Assembly: GCA_030295235.1 (NCBI GenBank) | Contig: AP026130.1 | Span: 744,001-808,000, forward strand | Direction of reading: 5' to 3' | Source: Fistulifera solaris | Taxonomy: Eukaryota | DNA: 64,000 nucleotides | In this document: positions 62,533-64,000 of the stretch, one piece after another | Numbering within the stretch: the stretch's first letter is position 1 | Layout of the letters: every line of letters starts with the position of its first letter | Notes under the pieces: model-generated | Database searches by the model: none | What the model was told of the DNA's origin: nothing | What the model saw: only the letters and a program-made list of their open reading frames with translations | Translations under genes and position numbers: made by a program

Positions 62533-63672
62533 TCATACGTCGTTGCTATCGACTTCCCTTTCTTCTCGTAGTATTTCTTCGTAGGAATCCGAACTATTTT
62601 GCCGCTTCGATCTTCGTAGTTCTACTTTCGATTTCTCTAATCTATTAATGCGTGGCCCTGTTGATTCTGTCGAAGATTCGTACGGATCTGCAATCTCCTC
62701 TCCGGATTCGCTTGCTTCTACTTGTTCATAGCGACCTGCACTTTCTTGTTTCTTTTCTAGATGGAAAACCAGTTTGTACATTAAAACTCCTCCAAAGATG
62801 ATGAGGCACGCCACTATTCTTCGGGGGGTTATTCTGTCACCAAAAATAATGACTCCCAGGAAGATTGTGAAAATCTCCTTCAAAACCCCTCCGATCATAA
62901 GAATGATGGCGCTGGCATGCATGATTAAATAGAACTCACAGAGGATCATAACAATCGCCAAAAATGCTCCAAGTCCTCCCAGCGCCAAAGACGACATGAT
63001 GAATTCTCCAGAACGGTTTGCCAGTTGAGTCCACGGTCGTTCAATGATGATGGAGAGCATCAACAAACTCCAAAACATACTGGGTGCCAGCATACGCATC
63101 GTCGCTATTGTTGTTTTGATGGGAGGTTCCATGGTTTGTAACTTGAGCTGTACGAGTGTCCACCGCGCTCCGCTCAGCATACTCGCGGTAATACAGAGTA
63201 AGAAACCGGCCCACTGAAATTCTTTGTGACTTTCGTCACTCTCGTCACTTTCGGTGACGGTCAGTAATTCTCCGGCGACGATCACCATCACCACACCTAT
63301 CAAAGGCCAAGTAATTTTCTCAATACCGAATGCATAGGCCCACCCCAGCACAAAGACGGGCGTCGATGCCTTGGCCATCGTATAGATTGTTAAGGAAATC
63401 GAAACCATCGCCAGATTCGAAAAACCAACGTCCCCGGACGTCACCATTCCGCAGGGAATACTGATCAAGGCCCAGTCCCTCCAAGTCATGGTCGTGACCC
63501 GTTCACCGCCCAGCGATTTGAAGCAACGACACGCCACGACACTAAAGATCCATTGCATCAAAAAGTGAACGGTTGTCATCAGTAATGGACAAGGAAACGC
63601 TCGTTCGTCCTTTCCGAACACTTTTTTGTTGTAAATGGAGAGTAATGATGAAAATAAAAACCAGCCGGCCAT
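62533..63672 (-). CDS. Nucleotide-sugar/TPT-family transporter (SLC35C2-like); 5' exon unresolved or outside the window
   Basis: LSIYNK, FPCPLLMT, DVGFSN, YTMAKAS, SGARWTLVQ and GVLKEI, with multiple TM segments. Confidence 0.87.
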   Translation of the reverse strand: MAGWFLFSSLLSIYNKKVFGKDERAFPCPLLMTTVHFLMQWIFSVVACRCFKSLGGERVTTMTWRDWALISIPCGMVTSGDVGFSNLAMVSISLTIYTMAKASTPVFVLGWAYAFGIEKITWPLIGVVMVIVAGELLTVTESDESDESHKEFQWAGFLLCITASMLSGARWTLVQLKLQTMEPPIKTTIATMRMLAPSMFWSLLMLSIIIERPWTQLANRSGEFIMSSLALGGLGAFLAIVMILCEFYLIMHASAIILMIGGVLKEIFTIFLGVIIFGDRITPRRIVACLIIFGGVLMYKLVFHLEKKQESAGRYEQVEASESGEEIADPYESSTESTGPRINRLEKSKVELRRSKRQNSSDSYEEILREEREVDSNDV

Positions 63673-64000
63673 CTGTGAAAGAAAGTGAGAATCAAAAATG
63701 CAGGATGGAAGCGATGTGACGGCGGAAGTCGAATAACGTACCGCCGGCAAATAGGTGCAGTGTTGCTCGTACATAGAATGAAGAGGTATAGACGGCGGCA
63801 TTGCAGACTAAAGTATGGGGGTCTAGAGAAACAGAAGATAATGAAAAATTGATTAGCTGGTCTGGATAAGCGAAGAATGATTACAACAAAGACTCTATTA
63901 TAAACGGATGAAGAAACATGCATGCTTTGACAACAAAAAGTCATCGTGTTGTTGCGGAAAGACCTAACGGATGTGACAGGGTCTCTGGTATACCTGGTAA

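Noticed and set aside
1..64000. Widespread pseudogenisation or programmed frameshifting
   Set aside because: Breaks are single-base indels, mostly in homopolymers, and hit conserved genes (FtsH, SCO1, ALDH) whose motifs are intact and that lack internal stops. This is typical of unpolished long-read error.

Overview
Gene-dense eukaryotic nuclear DNA with short GT-AG introns. It is most likely from a diatom or a related alga with a secondary red plastid (inference from ASAFAP-like plastid leaders, a theta-carbonic anhydrase and a type III metacaspase). About 29 protein-coding loci are recognisable: an alpha-CA-like 3' end, an eIF5A-OB-fold orphan, five tandem Deg/HtrA proteases, HMG-box and bZIP factors, theta-CA, PDX2, TPR-DnaJ, ALDH, PP1 inhibitor-3, two GT92-like glycosyltransferases, SNF8, SLC26, metacaspase III, ABCB, FtsH, a mini-SET protein, an AGC kinase, PA-P4H, a class-III aminotransferase, SCO1 and an SLC35-type transporter. 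Many genes carry 1-bp frameshifts, mostly in homopolymers, which are best explained by unpolished long-read assembly. The most unusual signal is non-coding: a dispersed ~53-bp bipartite palindromic element (CAYGACTG-N5-CAGTCRTGG, variable ~11-nt spacer, TACACTTTG-N3-CTATAGTG). It recurs in many intergenic gaps and is embedded in two tandem arrays; a 4x~236-bp array ends exactly at its terminus. A second dispersed minisatellite family and TA-flanked footprint-like motifs are also present. No rRNA, tRNA, CRISPR array or transposase gene was recognised. All assignments come from motif recognition by eye, with no database searches.
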